Under the pieces are notes generated by a model. The model was not told where the DNA came from. It worked only from the letters and a program-made list of their open reading frames with translations, and ran no database searches. Positions 1-12,909 of a stretch of DNA of 64,000 nucleotides are shown here, piece by piece. The DNA lies in NCBI RefSeq assembly GCF_036321535.1, contig NC_087437.1:95854001-95918000 (forward strand). Direction: 5' to 3'. Position 1 is the stretch's first letter; every line of letters starts with the position of its first letter. The DNA is from Camelus dromedarius (Eukaryota). The position numbers and the translations under genes were made by a program.

Positions 1-159
1 TGAAAGCAAACAAATGCAAGGCCTTCTGCCTATGAATTCTGTGTACTTAAAGATCTTCTTTTCAACTTGATATTTGACTATATGGAGTCAAATAAGCATA
101 GCCATATAGGCCAGAATTTGCTGAGGAAAGGAGCAGGGAGTTGGCTTTTATTAGGCATC

Positions 160-370
160 TACCATTCTCAATAAATATCAGGCACCCTTGTGTATACATC
201 AACCCTGTGAGAAGAGGTGTTATCATTCTTACTTTTCATTTGGGCCAACTGGGAGTCAGGGTAATTAAGTGATTTTTCAAGTCAACGAAGCTGGTACGTA
301 GAAGAGCATGAATGCAAACCTAGTTAGGTCTGAAAAGCCAAAGCCCATAATACTGAAATGCACCATCCTA
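160..370 (-). mobile_element. MIR SINE, degenerate
   Basis: aaccctgtgagaagaggtgttatcattc...aattaagtgatttttcaagtca resembles the reverse complement of the MIR core; ends approximate. Confidence 0.7.
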
Positions 371-419
371 GAGCTGCAGCCAACATCGATGGTGAAAGTG
401 TTCCTGTGTCCGTTTTTTC

Positions 420-950
420 TTTCAACAGATATTTATTGTCAATTGTCTGCTAGGTATTCTGCAAGGTGCTCGAGGTAGAATAGGCAAGCAAAAACCAGAA
501 ATAGTCCTTGTTGTCATGGGACTTACAGTATATAGCTGGATGTCAGACTTTCAGCAAATAATGATACTGACTGTATGTAATATGTAACTACTGAATATTG
601 AAAGTACTCTTGAAGGAAGGGAGTACAATTCTATAAAAGTGTATTTGAAAAGGAACTGAAATTAAGGGGTCGAGGAAGGCTTTCCTGAGGTAGTGATAAT
701 TGATATCTGAAGGTTAGTGAGAGTTAAATAGATGAAAAACAAGAAATCGAAGTGGGGGGGTGTTTTTCAGGAAGAAAGAATAGCATTTTCAAGGGCCGTT
801 TTTTAAATCTGAGAGGGGAAAAAAAAGCCAGTGAATATAAAAGTCAGAGTAAAAGGGAGATTGTTAGAAGATGCAGAGGGAGGGCAAGTAAATCTGGAGC
901 TGAACTTGCAGGCCCTTGTGGGCCATGCAAAACTTTAAGTATTTACATAT
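420..950 (-). mobile_element. L2 LINE 3' fragment
   Basis: ttcaacagatatttattg... (L2 tail reversed) and gaggaaggctttcctgaggtagtga...caggaagaaagaatagcat are typical L2 blocks. Confidence 0.75.
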
Positions 951-1240
951 AAAGGGAATCAGACCTTCCACTAATGAAATGTGATGGAACAACATTATGG
1001 AGACATTAATGAAACAAATGGCTGAATCAAGCTGAAGGCAGGGGTGTCTTCAACGGGCCTAGTATTTAGTACTGAGGCACTGGTACAATGTCACTGTACA
1101 CACAGCAAGGGGAATGATAAGCATGTCCTCACGTCCTCATTCATTCATTCATTCATTTTTGGATAAATTACATATAAAAGTGAATCACTTATTGATCTCT
1201 TTTTAAGAAACTTATGAATTAGTGAGGAAAATAGTTTTTA

Positions 1241-1365
1241 AAAATTTTTTTAGGGGGAAACATGATTAGGTTTACTTTTCTTTTTTTAGAGGCGGTAATG
1301 GGGATTGAACCCAGGACCTTATGTATGCTAAGCATGCGCTCTACCACTTAAGCTTTACCCTACCC
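1241..1365 (-). mobile_element. Camelid tRNA-Ala-derived SINE (Vic-1-like)
   Basis: Reverse complement reads gggtaaagcttaagtggtagagcgcatgcttagcatacataaggtcctgggttcaatcccc plus A-rich tail with gtaaacctaat; TSD ggaaaatagttttta (1226-1240) / ggaaaataattctta (1367-1381). Confidence 0.9.
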
Positions 1366-1644
1366 TGGAAAATAATTCTTAACATAAGTATTTCTGGTCT
1401 AATTTACAGAGTTGTACATGCCGTAGATGGGGAGAAGCTAGAGTTGCTAAATCTTAAGGAAGCTCAGTGGTGGTAATGGTCAGAGGGCCAGCCGGAGGAT
1501 AGAAAATGTCCCTGGAGGAAGTCCTAGTTGAAGGTCTTAATGGATGAGTAGTGCTAGGACATTCAGAGCTGACAGAGAATGGCTCTTCAGTCTAGTGTAT
1601 AGTGGGTATAACAGGACAGGAACGCTATTAAGGGGAATATTACA

Positions 1645-1836
1645 CAGTTGACCCTTGAACAACACAGTGGTTAATCTGCCTCTAATTTATCATTGGCCTC
1701 CTGTGTCTGTGGTTTCTCCGCATTCACGAATTCAACCAACCATGGACTATGAGGTACTGTAGTATTTATTATTGGAAAATATCCATGTATAAGTGGACTT
1801 GCACAGCTCAAACCTGTGTTATTCAAGGGTCAACTA
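1645..1836. mobile_element. Tigger2-type (TcMar-Tigger) non-autonomous DNA transposon / MITE
   Basis: 23-bp terminal inverted repeats cagttgacccttgaacaacacag / ctgtgttattcaagggtcaacta, TA at the right end (CA at left), 192 bp. Confidence 0.9.
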
Positions 1837-2346
1837 TAAATATATAAAGATAAACTGGTGCCAGGTTAAGGAGTTCCTTGAAAAGCGACAAGAAATAGGC
1901 ATCACTCCTGAAAGATAGGCATTGTCTCTGGGGGAAGACAGAGGAGCATATATATGTGGTAGAGCTGCAGGAATGAGCATGTTTCCAGAAGAACAACCTG
2001 AATCCAGCTGAGTGAGATTCCTACCTGGATTTGCTACAACCAGAAAGAAACGTACTTTTTGGTGATACGCGTTTTCATCCTCTTGCCTATCTGTTGGGGC
2101 AGGGAAGTGACTCACAACTTCTCTTGGTTTGGCCTTGGACAGTCTGAGAAGTGAAGAGTGCAGACAGGCAGGGGCAGAGTCGTCATGTTTTACAGTTCTC
2201 TCCCATTAATGCATCCACCACCCTGTTCAGCTATTCACCGTGGGGAAGAAGCACCTGAGATTTCCTAAAATGAGCTGCCAGAAAGACTGTTGGGAGAAGA
2301 GGATTTTAGAATCAGAATGCTTTTTCCCTATGTTCCATGTACTCAC

Positions 2347-2537
2347 CACCATGTCCAGATTCCGCCCCCTGCTTTACAGACAGATTTGCTGCCTGTGGTT
2401 TTGGCAAACATCTTTTTATTTTTACACTAGTGTTGTTGTGATACAAGTTTAGCATTTTGATTTTCTGATCACTTTCTTCATTGTGACAATGGCCAGTGTT
2501 TGATTATCTTCATTATACTGGTTTCACTGTGTGTGCA
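2347..2537 (-). other. Candidate internal exon (191 nt), mostly 5'UTR-like
   Basis: Minus-strand acceptor tcatcctcatctttcag|tgcac and donor catggtg|gtgagt; repeat-free; stops early in all frames, with ATGs that read through to the donor. Confidence 0.35.
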
Positions 2538-4980
2538 CTGAAAGATGAGGATGAATGTCACAAACGACGTTCTTTTTTCTTTTCGGTGTTTTTCAGTTTG
2601 GAGCAATAAAGCCTGCATTCTTCAATTGGTATCTGCAAATATTCTGTTGCTTTGTTTCTTCCTTTGTTTCTTGGTTTATTTCTATAATATCTCCTATTTT
2701 TAGCCTTTCATTTTCTCAGTCGTTTTGAAATATTTATGATGTCACGAACCTGTTTCTTAATAATAGTTGTTTCATAGACATTTAAAAAGTGTTGCAATAT
2801 TATGATAGCAAAAATGTGGAAAAAACTTCTCAGCAGCGGTTACCAATTTGTGCTAAATAGTCCTTCAGCGTTTTATTTTATAAGCCACCCGCTCTCACCT
2901 TTTATTTTTCCTGGTCCATGGTAGCTTTTCTAGAATACAACTTTTTGCTGATTTCTAGCACATTAAAGATGCCAGGAGAATAAAATACGTTTCCCAATAA
3001 AGCCAGGTTCTTGCTGTCTTGGGAAATGCAGACCCAGTAAGAATGAGACAGATCCCTTTTGTTTGATGTCAGATGCTCTTCTGGGATCACTTACTGGTTC
3101 CATCTGTAATTACTTCTTTCTTCCTAAATGCCTGAGTACTGAATCAGAAACAGCCCACTTTTGATACAACTGGAAAATGTGAATGCTTGTGCTTAACTTT
3201 TAGTTTTGTGTGTTTTTACTTATAGTCTCACATTAGGTTTCATTCATCCATTCTTTTAACATTTAAGGAACACCCAAGGAGCAGGGTGGGGAGCTTGGCA
3301 CCAGTTCACATTCTGGAAGAAATGAGGAGACGGGGGTCCTGTCAAACACAAAGAAGACATAGCCCTATGTTCATTGTTTTGGGGGAACCTATTCTCTTTG
3401 GTATCAGGGATAAGGAAGACCACTGAAGGGAGAAGCTTCCTTTCATTTCAGAGGAAGTTTTGTGCGTATATGAGACTCCCTTAGGGGCCAATGGGAAATA
3501 AGTTTGAGATCCAGTGAGAGTGGGTAAAACTGAATGTAACAGAGAAAAAGTCTGATGTTAAAAATACCCTAACAAGAATAAACAAACAGCATCAGCTGCG
3601 TCTCATTAGGCAGTCTGTGAAGGCTGCAGAGGGCAGGATGGGGAAGAAAAGGGTGGATCCAGAAGTGAAATAAACACTGATTAATATTTGGAATGTGCAA
3701 AGGATTCATAGTCTAAATAGAAACAAAAGCATGATTTCTGTGCTGCTGGTTTTGGGACCAGCCAGAAATAGAGTCAACTGTCAACTTCCACTGCATTAGT
3801 GACTCTGAGTGTAAACAAGACCATTCCTAGAGCAGCAATAAAACTCTTACAGACCAACAAGGTATCACATGGCAAATTATTTTCTCATTGCTTTGTGAAG
3901 TAGCTTACAATTACACTCAATTATCACAAAGAGACATTGCAATAGTACAAAAAATTTAGAAATCTATTGTGGTGGAGTTTTATTTTATAAAAATAATATC
4001 CTATTGTAATAAAAAAGCATAAATAGACATGCACTAGGATTATAAACTAAGTAATTTTTCTAGGAGGTAAGTATTACTTTATGCTATAGAATATTTTAGG
4101 GATAGATGCCTTGAGAGTTTAAAAATCAGGGCCCAAGTATCTAAGCAAGTATGAAGATGTGTAAGAAGGAGTTTTAATTTCCTCCAATAGCCCCTTTTCA
4201 ACACTCTTTTAAATTGTACTTAGGTATTTTAGCTTACATGAGACTCTGCATGTACTCTATCATTTTAATGTGAAAAACTCATTTGCTTTCATATCTGAAA
4301 AAAAATGTTCTATACTTGTAGCCGGAGTTCAGAAGAATAACTAAAAGATTTCTCTACAGTTATATTTGTTTCCTTACATTTTGCAGAGGATTGGATTTCT
4401 ATTTTATTGTAGCAATGCCAGTACATGTAAGTAAGGGCTATTAGATTTTGGGGTGTTTTGAAGAAAAGTAAATTAGGAACTGATGCAGAAGCAAAATAAG
4501 TAGAGAACATTATTAACATGTAAAAAGAGAAGAAAAGAACAGAGACATGGCAGGAAGCCCAATAACAAACACATAATTTTGGTAAACCTCAATGCTACCA
4601 CAACTACTGAAATTTAACCATATACAATTTTACTTCCACAAACCACAGCAATTATAATGAATATATTTTAAATCGTCCAAAGATGAGAGACAGTCAACTT
4701 CATGCACACAGAGGGTATTTATATATATGTGTGTGTGGGTGTGTGCGCACGTGTATTTTATATTTTGAAATCTCCACCCTAAAGTTTATAAATCAGTTCA
4801 TTTTAAGGAAGTAAAACAATATTGAAAGTACTGTAACTTCTCAAAACATAGCGAACATATATTGATAAGACTCACAACTAATTTTTAAAAAAATTTCTGT
4901 AGTATTATTAAGCATTTTCAAATATAGGCATATTTTGCCCAAGGCATACATTCTAGAAAATTCTAGGTAAATCTGGTGCA

Positions 4981-5434
4981 TGTTAGTTTCCTGTAATAAA
5001 TTACCACAAACTTAGTGGTGTTTATTCTCTCACAGTTCTGGAGGCCAAAGTATTACTGGACTGAAACCTCGGAGTTGGAGGAGCATGTGCCCTCTGGAGG
5101 CTCCAGAAAGTCCATCCCTTGCCTCTTCCAGATTCTGGGGGCTGCTGGCACTTCTGGGCTTGTAGCCACAACACTCTAATCTTCAAGGCCAGGAGCTTCA
5201 AATCTCGCTTGGCTCCATCTTCACCTAGTCTTCCGTGTTCGTCAAGTTTCCTTTGTCTCTTTATTGTAAAAATTAATATAATTGCATTTAGGATCCAGCC
5301 AAATAATCCAGAAGAATCTTCCCAACTCAAGATCTTTAATCTAATCACATCTGCAAATACCTCTTTTCCCCGATACAGTTTCAGGCTTTAGAGCATTGGA
5401 TACCTTTTAGGGAGCTATTTTTCAGCCTACCACA
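4981..5434 (-). mobile_element. ERVL-MaLR solo LTR (MLT1C-like)
   Basis: tgttagtttcc...aaattaccacaaactt...ttattctctcacagttctggaggcca...cagcctaccaca matches reversed MLT1 ends. Confidence 0.85.
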
Positions 5435-5749
5435 GATGTCAACAGAAGAGATTTGATATTAATAGGGAAAGATTCATCTAATAATAAATGTTTACTTGAC
5501 AACTATTGTGTGCTATCACTGTGATAAGCAGAAATGATGTGACTGCAAACCAGACAGTTAATCGTCCCTGTCCTCACAGAGCTGACCACACAAGAGGGGC
5601 TAATAGCTTCCGTTTCTCTACCAGGTAGGTGGAAAAACATCTTGAGAGATCGGGAGTGGTTTGTAGGAAGTTTGAAAAATATAGAGAAGGTTGGAAATGG
5701 CTGTTGTGGGAAAATGAAAGAAAAAAATTTGGGCGAGTAGGATTTCTGG

Positions 5750-6148
5750 GACCGTTAGAAGACCCAGCTATAATAGCCATTAGTGTTCATCATATGTTTC
5801 AAGCTCTTCGCAATCCTGAACCCATGGCTGACATTCATCTTCTGTCTCTATGTCACTATTTCCAGCTGATGAGTTAACAGAAGAGCCAAGTGTTACTGCT
5901 GGAAGGAAGGTTTGCTTGCCAGTGGAAAATCCTCCAGAACACTTTTCCCGTCAGAACAATAAACAACTATTCCAGACAGTGGATGCTTGGTCATAGGCTG
6001 GGTCTCACGTGGCACATGGAGGAGAGCCCCCAGCCCAGCTCCAATGAACGTGCAGTGTGAAGAAGTAGTACACCTTCCCTTTAAGCGACTGAAATTTTTG
6101 AGGTTATTTATTGTTTTAGCCTAGCCTCACCTATCCTATCTGATATAC
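5750..6148 (+). mobile_element. Old MaLR LTR (MLT1J/K/L-like)
   Basis: 3' end ttaagcgactgaaatttttgaggtt...cctagcctcacctatcctatctgatatac; 5' boundary uncertain. Confidence 0.55.
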
Positions 6149-7609
6149 CAAATGGAGTCAGAAAGCAGGACACTAGTCAGCTGAGTTGTTCAGTTTTCTT
6201 TGTCAGTTTGCAGATGAAGACACAGCCCCTGATGGCTGAGTTTATTCAGGGTCATTATGCACCAGGGGAGGATTGAGAAGGACAGAAGACAAAGTATGAC
6301 TAGTTACAAAACTTTCAGCTCTAGAATTTTATAGTTGTTGAATCTAGCTTCTTTGATAACAATAAGAGTAACATCAACTAATTTGGTGTAATATTTGAGA
6401 GTTTAAAAATGTGAAAAAAAATACATGGTCTTTGATCGTCATATTAACTCTTTGAATTTGATGATACTTTTTCCCTTTTACAAGATGAAGAAATTGTGAT
6501 GTGATGATGGCAAGTCAGTTTTCCAGAGTTTAGTCATTTAGTTCACAGTATCTGTAAGTACCTACTCACTCTTAGTTACCGTGCTAGGTTCCAGGGATGG
6601 TATCGTGCTGTTGAGAAGAGTTGGCAGCAAATGAGTCAGCCCCAGTTCCAGATCACCCCAGTTCCAGAATTTGGACAAGGTTTTTCTGTCTTCTAGAGAA
6701 AACAGTTCTTTTGATTTCAGATTCCATTTTTAATTATTATGCCATGTGTCTTGTTAAACTCTATAAACCCCAATTCAACTAGCAGAAAGGGATGATGTGT
6801 CCATGTGCATGGAGACTGAGGGACTCAGTCCTACTCTCAGCCCATCACTCTTGTTACTATCAAGGTTTTAGAGTGCTTTATGGAGTGAACCTGATAGTTC
6901 TGTTAGATTGATACATGCTGTGTAGAAATGATATGGAACAATTACACAAAAGCAATTTTTTTTTCTTATCAATATAAAGATGAAAACAGTAAGCCTATAG
7001 GGAGATTAAACTGCAAGTATAGGTTCTACACAAACCTGTGCTTACAGCTTTGTGCTGAATTCTAATACCTAGAATCACTAAATTTACTGATGGTAGAGAT
7101 AAATAGCTATTATCTACCTTTAAAATCGTTGAGTTAATCAAGGCTGAGTACTGTGTAAATTCCTAGGTTGTTTAATTTCTATGGATTTTTCTCCTATGAG
7201 TATTTCTTTTGTTATTTCGTATAGAAACCAAATATGATTTTGTTATTAGAATGATAAAAAATATATAGTTTCTGGGTTCTGTTTAAATTGCTGACACATG
7301 TCATCATGGAGAGAGAATAATACACTTTATCTACAACCTATAAATACTGATAGCCTCACTGCTATCTGGGGGTAGCTTGATGAATTCCCAGCGCAAGTGT
7401 CAGAAACTTGGTAGTTGGGTATAGAAGTCCGAAAGAAATTTGAGATCTAAATTTGGGAGTTGTAGGCATTTGATGTTAATAAATATCAGAATGATTGTTG
7501 AGATCACCTAAAGAAAGTGTGCTGCTTAAAAAAAGGTGAGAACCTAGAACAATGCTCTGAAACACTCCAACATTTAAGTGGTAGTGGAAAAGAAGATTTA
7601 GAAAGATAC

Positions 7610-8073
7610 TGTGAAAAAAAACTCATATTTTATGGCAAGACAAGAAAATTTATATATAAAAATTTTCTCTTTGGCCTCCTCTCTCTACTGTGCATTGTGT
7701 ATCTGCATTATGTATTGACCAAACCTCCCCATCAGCAAAATACCTGCTTAACCATAAAGAGCAACATTCTCTTAGCATCAGCAAGACAACTCCTTAAAGG
7801 TAACATTCCTTCTTAATCTTTAAGGGGCCATGATGACCTGTGGCGCGTACTTGCTTTGTATGCTTAGACCTGGATTGTGTAAACTGTTGATAATACATCA
7901 TTCAGCATACAGCCCTCTGTCTCAAAAACTTACATAACTGTGCTTTGACCTCTAATGGGCGGAATAGTTCTCAGAGCCTTCTGCAAGACTGTTCCTGGGT
8001 TATAACTCTCAATTTGGCTTGAATATAATTTTCCACTGACTTCTTAGATTGACTGATCAATCTTTCATCGACA
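7610..8073 (+). mobile_element. ERV1-class solo LTR inserted in an L2 fragment
   Basis: TG...CA ends, 464 bp, flanks atac/gtat; same family as the inverted copy at 43370-43850; L2-like sequence continues on both sides. Confidence 0.85.
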
Positions 8074-8606
8074 GTATTTAGAAGAATCTATTTCAGAAAG
8101 AAGGAAAAAAATATTGTTCCCAAAGACAAAAACTGAGATTAGATTTTTATGTGTCCTCACACTGTGATGTCAGAAAAAAATACATAGGTACAGGAGATAT
8201 GTACCTACACAATTACCTTGAAAGTCTTCTCTTAAAAGAAAACAACACCCATTTTCTTTGTGGGAGGCAGAGATGTTAGGACACAGAAGAGGAAGAACTT
8301 GAATTCATAGTTCGAGCTGTGTTACTTTGGTTTCCTGGGAAAGCCAATGGTGCCTGTCCAACAGATTAGCACATTTTGTAAACCAAGTGTCTGTGTAATT
8401 GAACTAAAGAAAGTTATGATGAGATACTTGTAAGTATCATAACTCATGGTATTCTATCCTTGCCTTTCTACATTAGTGACCATCTCTGTTTATATCAGTA
8501 TCTAGAATATTTTTTTTTTCATTGCAAAATGTCCTCCTTAGAAGGAGAAAATGTTAAAATCAATCAACTCTGTGGTGTGTTGTTTCCTTATTGTTAGTTT
8601 TTAGAG

Positions 8607-9123
8607 TGTAGGGGGAGAAAAAGTAATTTTCCCTCTTCTCTTCTGAGTTCTTAGCTATAATAAAAGATTGATTAACAAGAGAAAAACAGAAGTTTATTAA
8701 AATATATGCTTCATGTATGCATAGGAAATACCCAGGGAAAAACGAATAACTCCTTGAGGTGGCCTAAGTCACCAGCTTAAATTCCAAGACTGAAAATAGA
8801 AGGATGGGGGGGGCAGAGTAGGAAGTCAGGGAGGCCAGTTATAGTAGGTTACCAGGAGAAGCAAAAGGAGGGTTTGTTATGTGGATGTAAGTGGATGTCT
8901 TCTCCACTGAGAGGAGTATCTTGTGATTTAAGAGTTGTCCTTCTCTCTCTACAGGAGAGAGACACCTTTACAAATGGAGATTTCCTTTATTAATGTAAAT
9001 TTCCCTTTCAAAAGAGTAACTTCTACTCTGGTTTCAGAGCTTCTCCTGTGTCTGCTGTTTGTCAAAATAATCCTTATGGTCAAAAGGAGCATATTTTGGG
9101 GAAGTATATTCTGCTACCCTTCA
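8607..9123 (-). mobile_element. ERV1-class solo LTR (MER34/MER39-like)
   Basis: TG...CA, perfect 4-bp TSD agag/agag; minus strand begins tgaagggtagcagaatatacttccccaaaatatgc like MER34; AATAAA on minus near 8695. Confidence 0.9.
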
Positions 9124-9554
9124 AGAGTCTGCCATTTATCATATCAAGGAATTTCATTTTCTAACACATAGCACTAAAAGATTGTTTATCATTACTTACA
9201 GTAAGATGTATGTTGTATGAAAAGCAAATGTCAAAGTGTTCCTAAATATTTGTCTATCATTTTAAATTGAATTTAAAAAGAGATGAAATTTGTGAAGGTT
9301 AGTGTATGTATACTGCTTATATTTTAGAATTTCAACATCTGTTCATGTTCTGTTTTGTGTCTATTTTTACCTGGTCTTTGGAAACAGATGATACGTATTT
9401 CTCTGCGCAAGTATTTAGAGAACACTTTAACAAATGTGGGAATTAGCCAAGACTATGTGTCGACTTCTTTTCTTTATTATTCCTTACATATTTCAGTACT
9501 TAGCTTTAGAAAAGTATAGAGAAAGAGAAAGAAACAGTTTACTCTCAGTGCTAC

Positions 9555-10479
9555 TGTTAGCCAATAGTGAGACTCCTAAACTAAGTGGCCCCCCAAAGTG
9601 TGGGTCCTTGCATGCCAGCTGGAAAGAATTCACAGCTGAAGCAGAGGGACAGAGCGAAACTACTTTCATTTCTCAAAAGAGGAAAAGGTAGAAAAGTGCT
9701 TGAGCAAGGAGAAGGAAAGAAAAGCACTCAAGTGAGGAAAAGGTGCTGGAGTGGGGAGCCATTGGCCAAGGTGGCTGGTAGAGACAGCCTGGGTCCAGGT
9801 TGGGCCACGTGGACTTTTATGGAAGGTTTCTGCCATCATGTCCTTCTTCCCAATGTGATGGAGCCGATCAGTCCTTGTTCGAGCTTTTCAGTCTTTTTAT
9901 GGGCTTTAACTGTTGTTGTCATGGCAATTGTCAACTGTCATGGTGCTGGTGGGTGTGTCACTTAGCATGCTAATACATTAATTACAATGAGTGTATAATG
10001 AGGCTCAAGGTCCACTGGAAGTCAAATCCTCCACCATCTTGGACTCTATCAGTTCTAACCAGTTCTTGTTTATTCTCTGCAGCTGCCCCCTGAGACTTAG
10101 ATAAGAGTGAGTTTAAGAGTGAATTGTTTCTAGTCAAGGGAGGAGCAGGGATATGATCCTGGGGGCAACAGCCTTGGTGAAAAAGGGAAAGTTACTTTTA
10201 ACCAGAATGCCTGCAATCTGCTAGACCCAGCATCACCCCAAAAAGCCATATCCAAAGATTCTGTTCAGCTGTGAAAGTTTAAAGGGAAATGAAGGAATAC
10301 TCTCAGTTAATCATTGAGATAGGTGGTCAGAGTCATTCCCATCCCCCAGTGCCTGCAGGCTTGTTCTAACCAACTGCCTGAGCCTGTTCTTTTATGACTC
10401 AGGGAGGTCTGGAAACTTGAACTTTTCCAAAAACAAGAGGCAGGGGTTGGGAGGGGGCACAGGGTTCTGCTCCCTTTCA
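9555..10479 (-). mobile_element. Long (925 bp), probably composite ERV1-class solo LTR
   Basis: TG...CA with perfect TSD ctac (9551-9554 / 10480-10483); gaaagaattca motif typical of ERV1 LTR U5 ends. Confidence 0.8.
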
Positions 10480-10529
10480 CTACCTCTCCCCTAATTAAAA
10501 AAAAGCTGAATAAGGAGATAATGCCTAAA

Positions 10530-11179
10530 GTGAAACCTTGGTTTACATTTTTAGCCTCGTTATGTCCAGATGAAACTCTCTGGAGAGCAGGTTCTTGTCT
10601 TGTCACAGAAAGAATTCAGAGATGAAACACAGAGGTCAAGAAAGCAAGGCAAGGGTTTATTATTAGGTGCTAGTATGTTCTCAAAGGGAGAGCAGGCAGA
10701 CTCAGGTGAGTAGTTAAGCTGAGTTTATTTGGCAATCTGGTTATACGGGGTATAAAAATGAATGGGTGGAATATTTATTAGAGAGGGAGGGATTTGGTGT
10801 CATATTTCCTGCTTTTCATCCCAGCTCCACCTTCCCAAGGGGAGGTGGGATTTTGCCTTATTTATTCTTGATTGGAAGTGTCATGGCGTCAGTGCATGAT
10901 GGGTACTTCTAATCTGCAAGGCTAATTTTATTGTAATGAGGGCATAATGAGCAAAAGGTTACATTCAGACACTGAAGATTCCTGCCTTCTTCCACCTTTC
11001 TTTGTCTGCCTCCAAGGCACTTGGCACCCCAAAATGTGTGGTTTTGTTATCAGTCCAGAGGTTCTTGCTTTTCTTTGTCTGCCCAAGGACCCCCATTGTT
11101 CACAATATGTGTGGTTTCCTGTCATTTGGCCCATGCCCCCCTTCCTCTACTCACATCTAGCTCTCTGCCTGCTCTAACA
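10530..11179 (-). mobile_element. ERV1-class solo LTR
   Basis: ggttcttgtcttgtcacagaaagaattcagaga...gggtttatt (AATAAA on minus)...ctgcctgctctaaca terminus; left boundary and TSD unresolved. Confidence 0.75.
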
Positions 11180-11596
11180 AAATCAGATGCTCTGCATCTT
11201 TTCTCACTAAATACTTTAAATACCTCTGTAATATAGAAAGGGAAAGTATATTTATGGTATTTATTTATCTACTTCTATATCCCTCTGCATTTTGCTCTAT
11301 GCTTACCTCTCTTCAAGCAAATGATGTACTGTGAGCTTCTTGCCTCAGAGGAGGAATCTGGAAGGATTAAGTGTAGAAAGCTTTTTTTTTCTTCTCTCAT
11401 TCCAGTATTTCAGCCTCAGAATCTTCCCAAACATAGACACAGTGCATTGTGGCTAAGAGTGTGGAAAACAAAAGAATCATTTCCACTCTTGGCCTCTGAC
11501 TCTCTCATTACTCTCAAGCTGAACAAAGACGGTGCCCTATTGTCCCGCACTACCCTAAGAGTGGCAGCAAAACCCCAGAGAAGACTAGATCTAGGC

Positions 11597-11817
11597 CAGA
11601 ATTTCTCTATCTGCTATTAAGATTTGGAATGGAGGGTTCTTTGTTGTGAGAAGTGATCTTGTGCACTGTGGGTTGTTTAGCAGCAATCCTCACCTCTACC
11701 TGATAGATGCCAGTATCACCCTCCTCTCCAGTTGTCATGACCAGAAATGCATCCAGAATTTCTAAATGTCCCTGGAGGGGAGCTGAGGAGCTGAAGTACC
11801 CTCAGTTGAGAACCATA
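11597..11817 (-). mobile_element. MER20 (hAT-Charlie) DNA transposon
   Basis: tgtttagcagcaatcctcacctctacctgatagatgccagta...ccagttgtcatgaccagaaatg...aaatgtccctgg...agttgagaacca matches reversed MER20. Confidence 0.85.
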
Positions 11818-12802
11818 TATGACCCCTTAGGACCAGGCAGAGTGGACATCCCCATTACAAGCTCCCTGTTCTCATGCTGCCAGAATACTGAGCCTGATGC
11901 AGTGTCTCTCAAGAATTCTTGAAGGCTGGTATATAACTTCCCAGGTAAGAAAGCCTCTAAGGTAGGCCTGCTCTGAATATATGTTCAAGATATGCCTATT
12001 ATTTATCCTGCAGAAAGTCTTTTGCCTTCTCTTAAGACCAGTCAACAATGCTTTTCAAAGCAATTTTTCTCTAATCACTGAAGTTGGGTCAGGGAAGTAT
12101 ACACTTTAAAAAAAAAGAGAGAGAGAGAGAGAATTGATATGCATTGACATATTTCACTCCAGAAACAAATAGAATTTTATCTAAGAGTTTTGGAAAATAT
12201 TGCCTCTGTATTGGTTGCCCAATCCATTATTTTACTTGGTTTAGATTAAATTTAAGCAATCCTTACTGCCAAAACATATTTGAAATTGTTGATTTAAAAA
12301 AACCACTATGGAACATGTCTGCATAAACATAAAGATAAAAACAGATAAGAACTTGTAGAAAGGAAGTGGGAAATACTGCCAGGAGCTATAATTGAACATT
12401 GCCCACCTGAATTTCCTGGCAGACAGGGGAAAATATAAGAAAAATGAGGCCTTAAGAAATCATCATCTCATAATCAGATCAGAATTTTTTTTTTTTGGCA
12501 ATTCCTGAAGGCTAATGGAAAAAATGGATTCTGGCCTATAAGACGTTTGGAATCTTTACTATCCTTTTGTCTATTTAGAAACAATAGGTTTACTCAACAC
12601 TGCCATCTATACTACTATCGAAAAACAACTAGGAATTGGCTGCTTTAAATCATTTATTGACAGTATGTATAGAGTCGTTTAATTTGAAGAAAAATTAGTT
12701 TTAAAAACGCTTAGAGTTATTATGTTCTATTTGTAATTAAATTTTGTGGGATTTTATGAATTGGAAATATGTGCACAGTAAAAATGTTCAAAAGTCATCC
12801 TC

Positions 12803-12909
12803 GGTGGCAGAGGGGTGTATGGCTCAGTGGTAGAGTGCATGCTTAGCAAGGAGGAGGTCTTGGGTTCTATCCCCAGTACTTTCACTAAAAATAAAATAAA
12901 ATTTTTTTT
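12803..12909 (+). mobile_element. Vic-1-like SINE
   Basis: ggggtgtatggctcagtggtagagtgcatgcttagcaaggaggaggtcttgggttctatccccagtac plus A tail; degenerate TSD aaaagtcatcctc/acaagtcctactc. Confidence 0.88.

Noticed and set aside
12803..12880. tRNA-Ala(AGC)-like sequences here and at 1241, 28944, 56699
   Set aside because: A-rich tails, TSDs and broken stems mark them as SINE heads, not tRNA genes.
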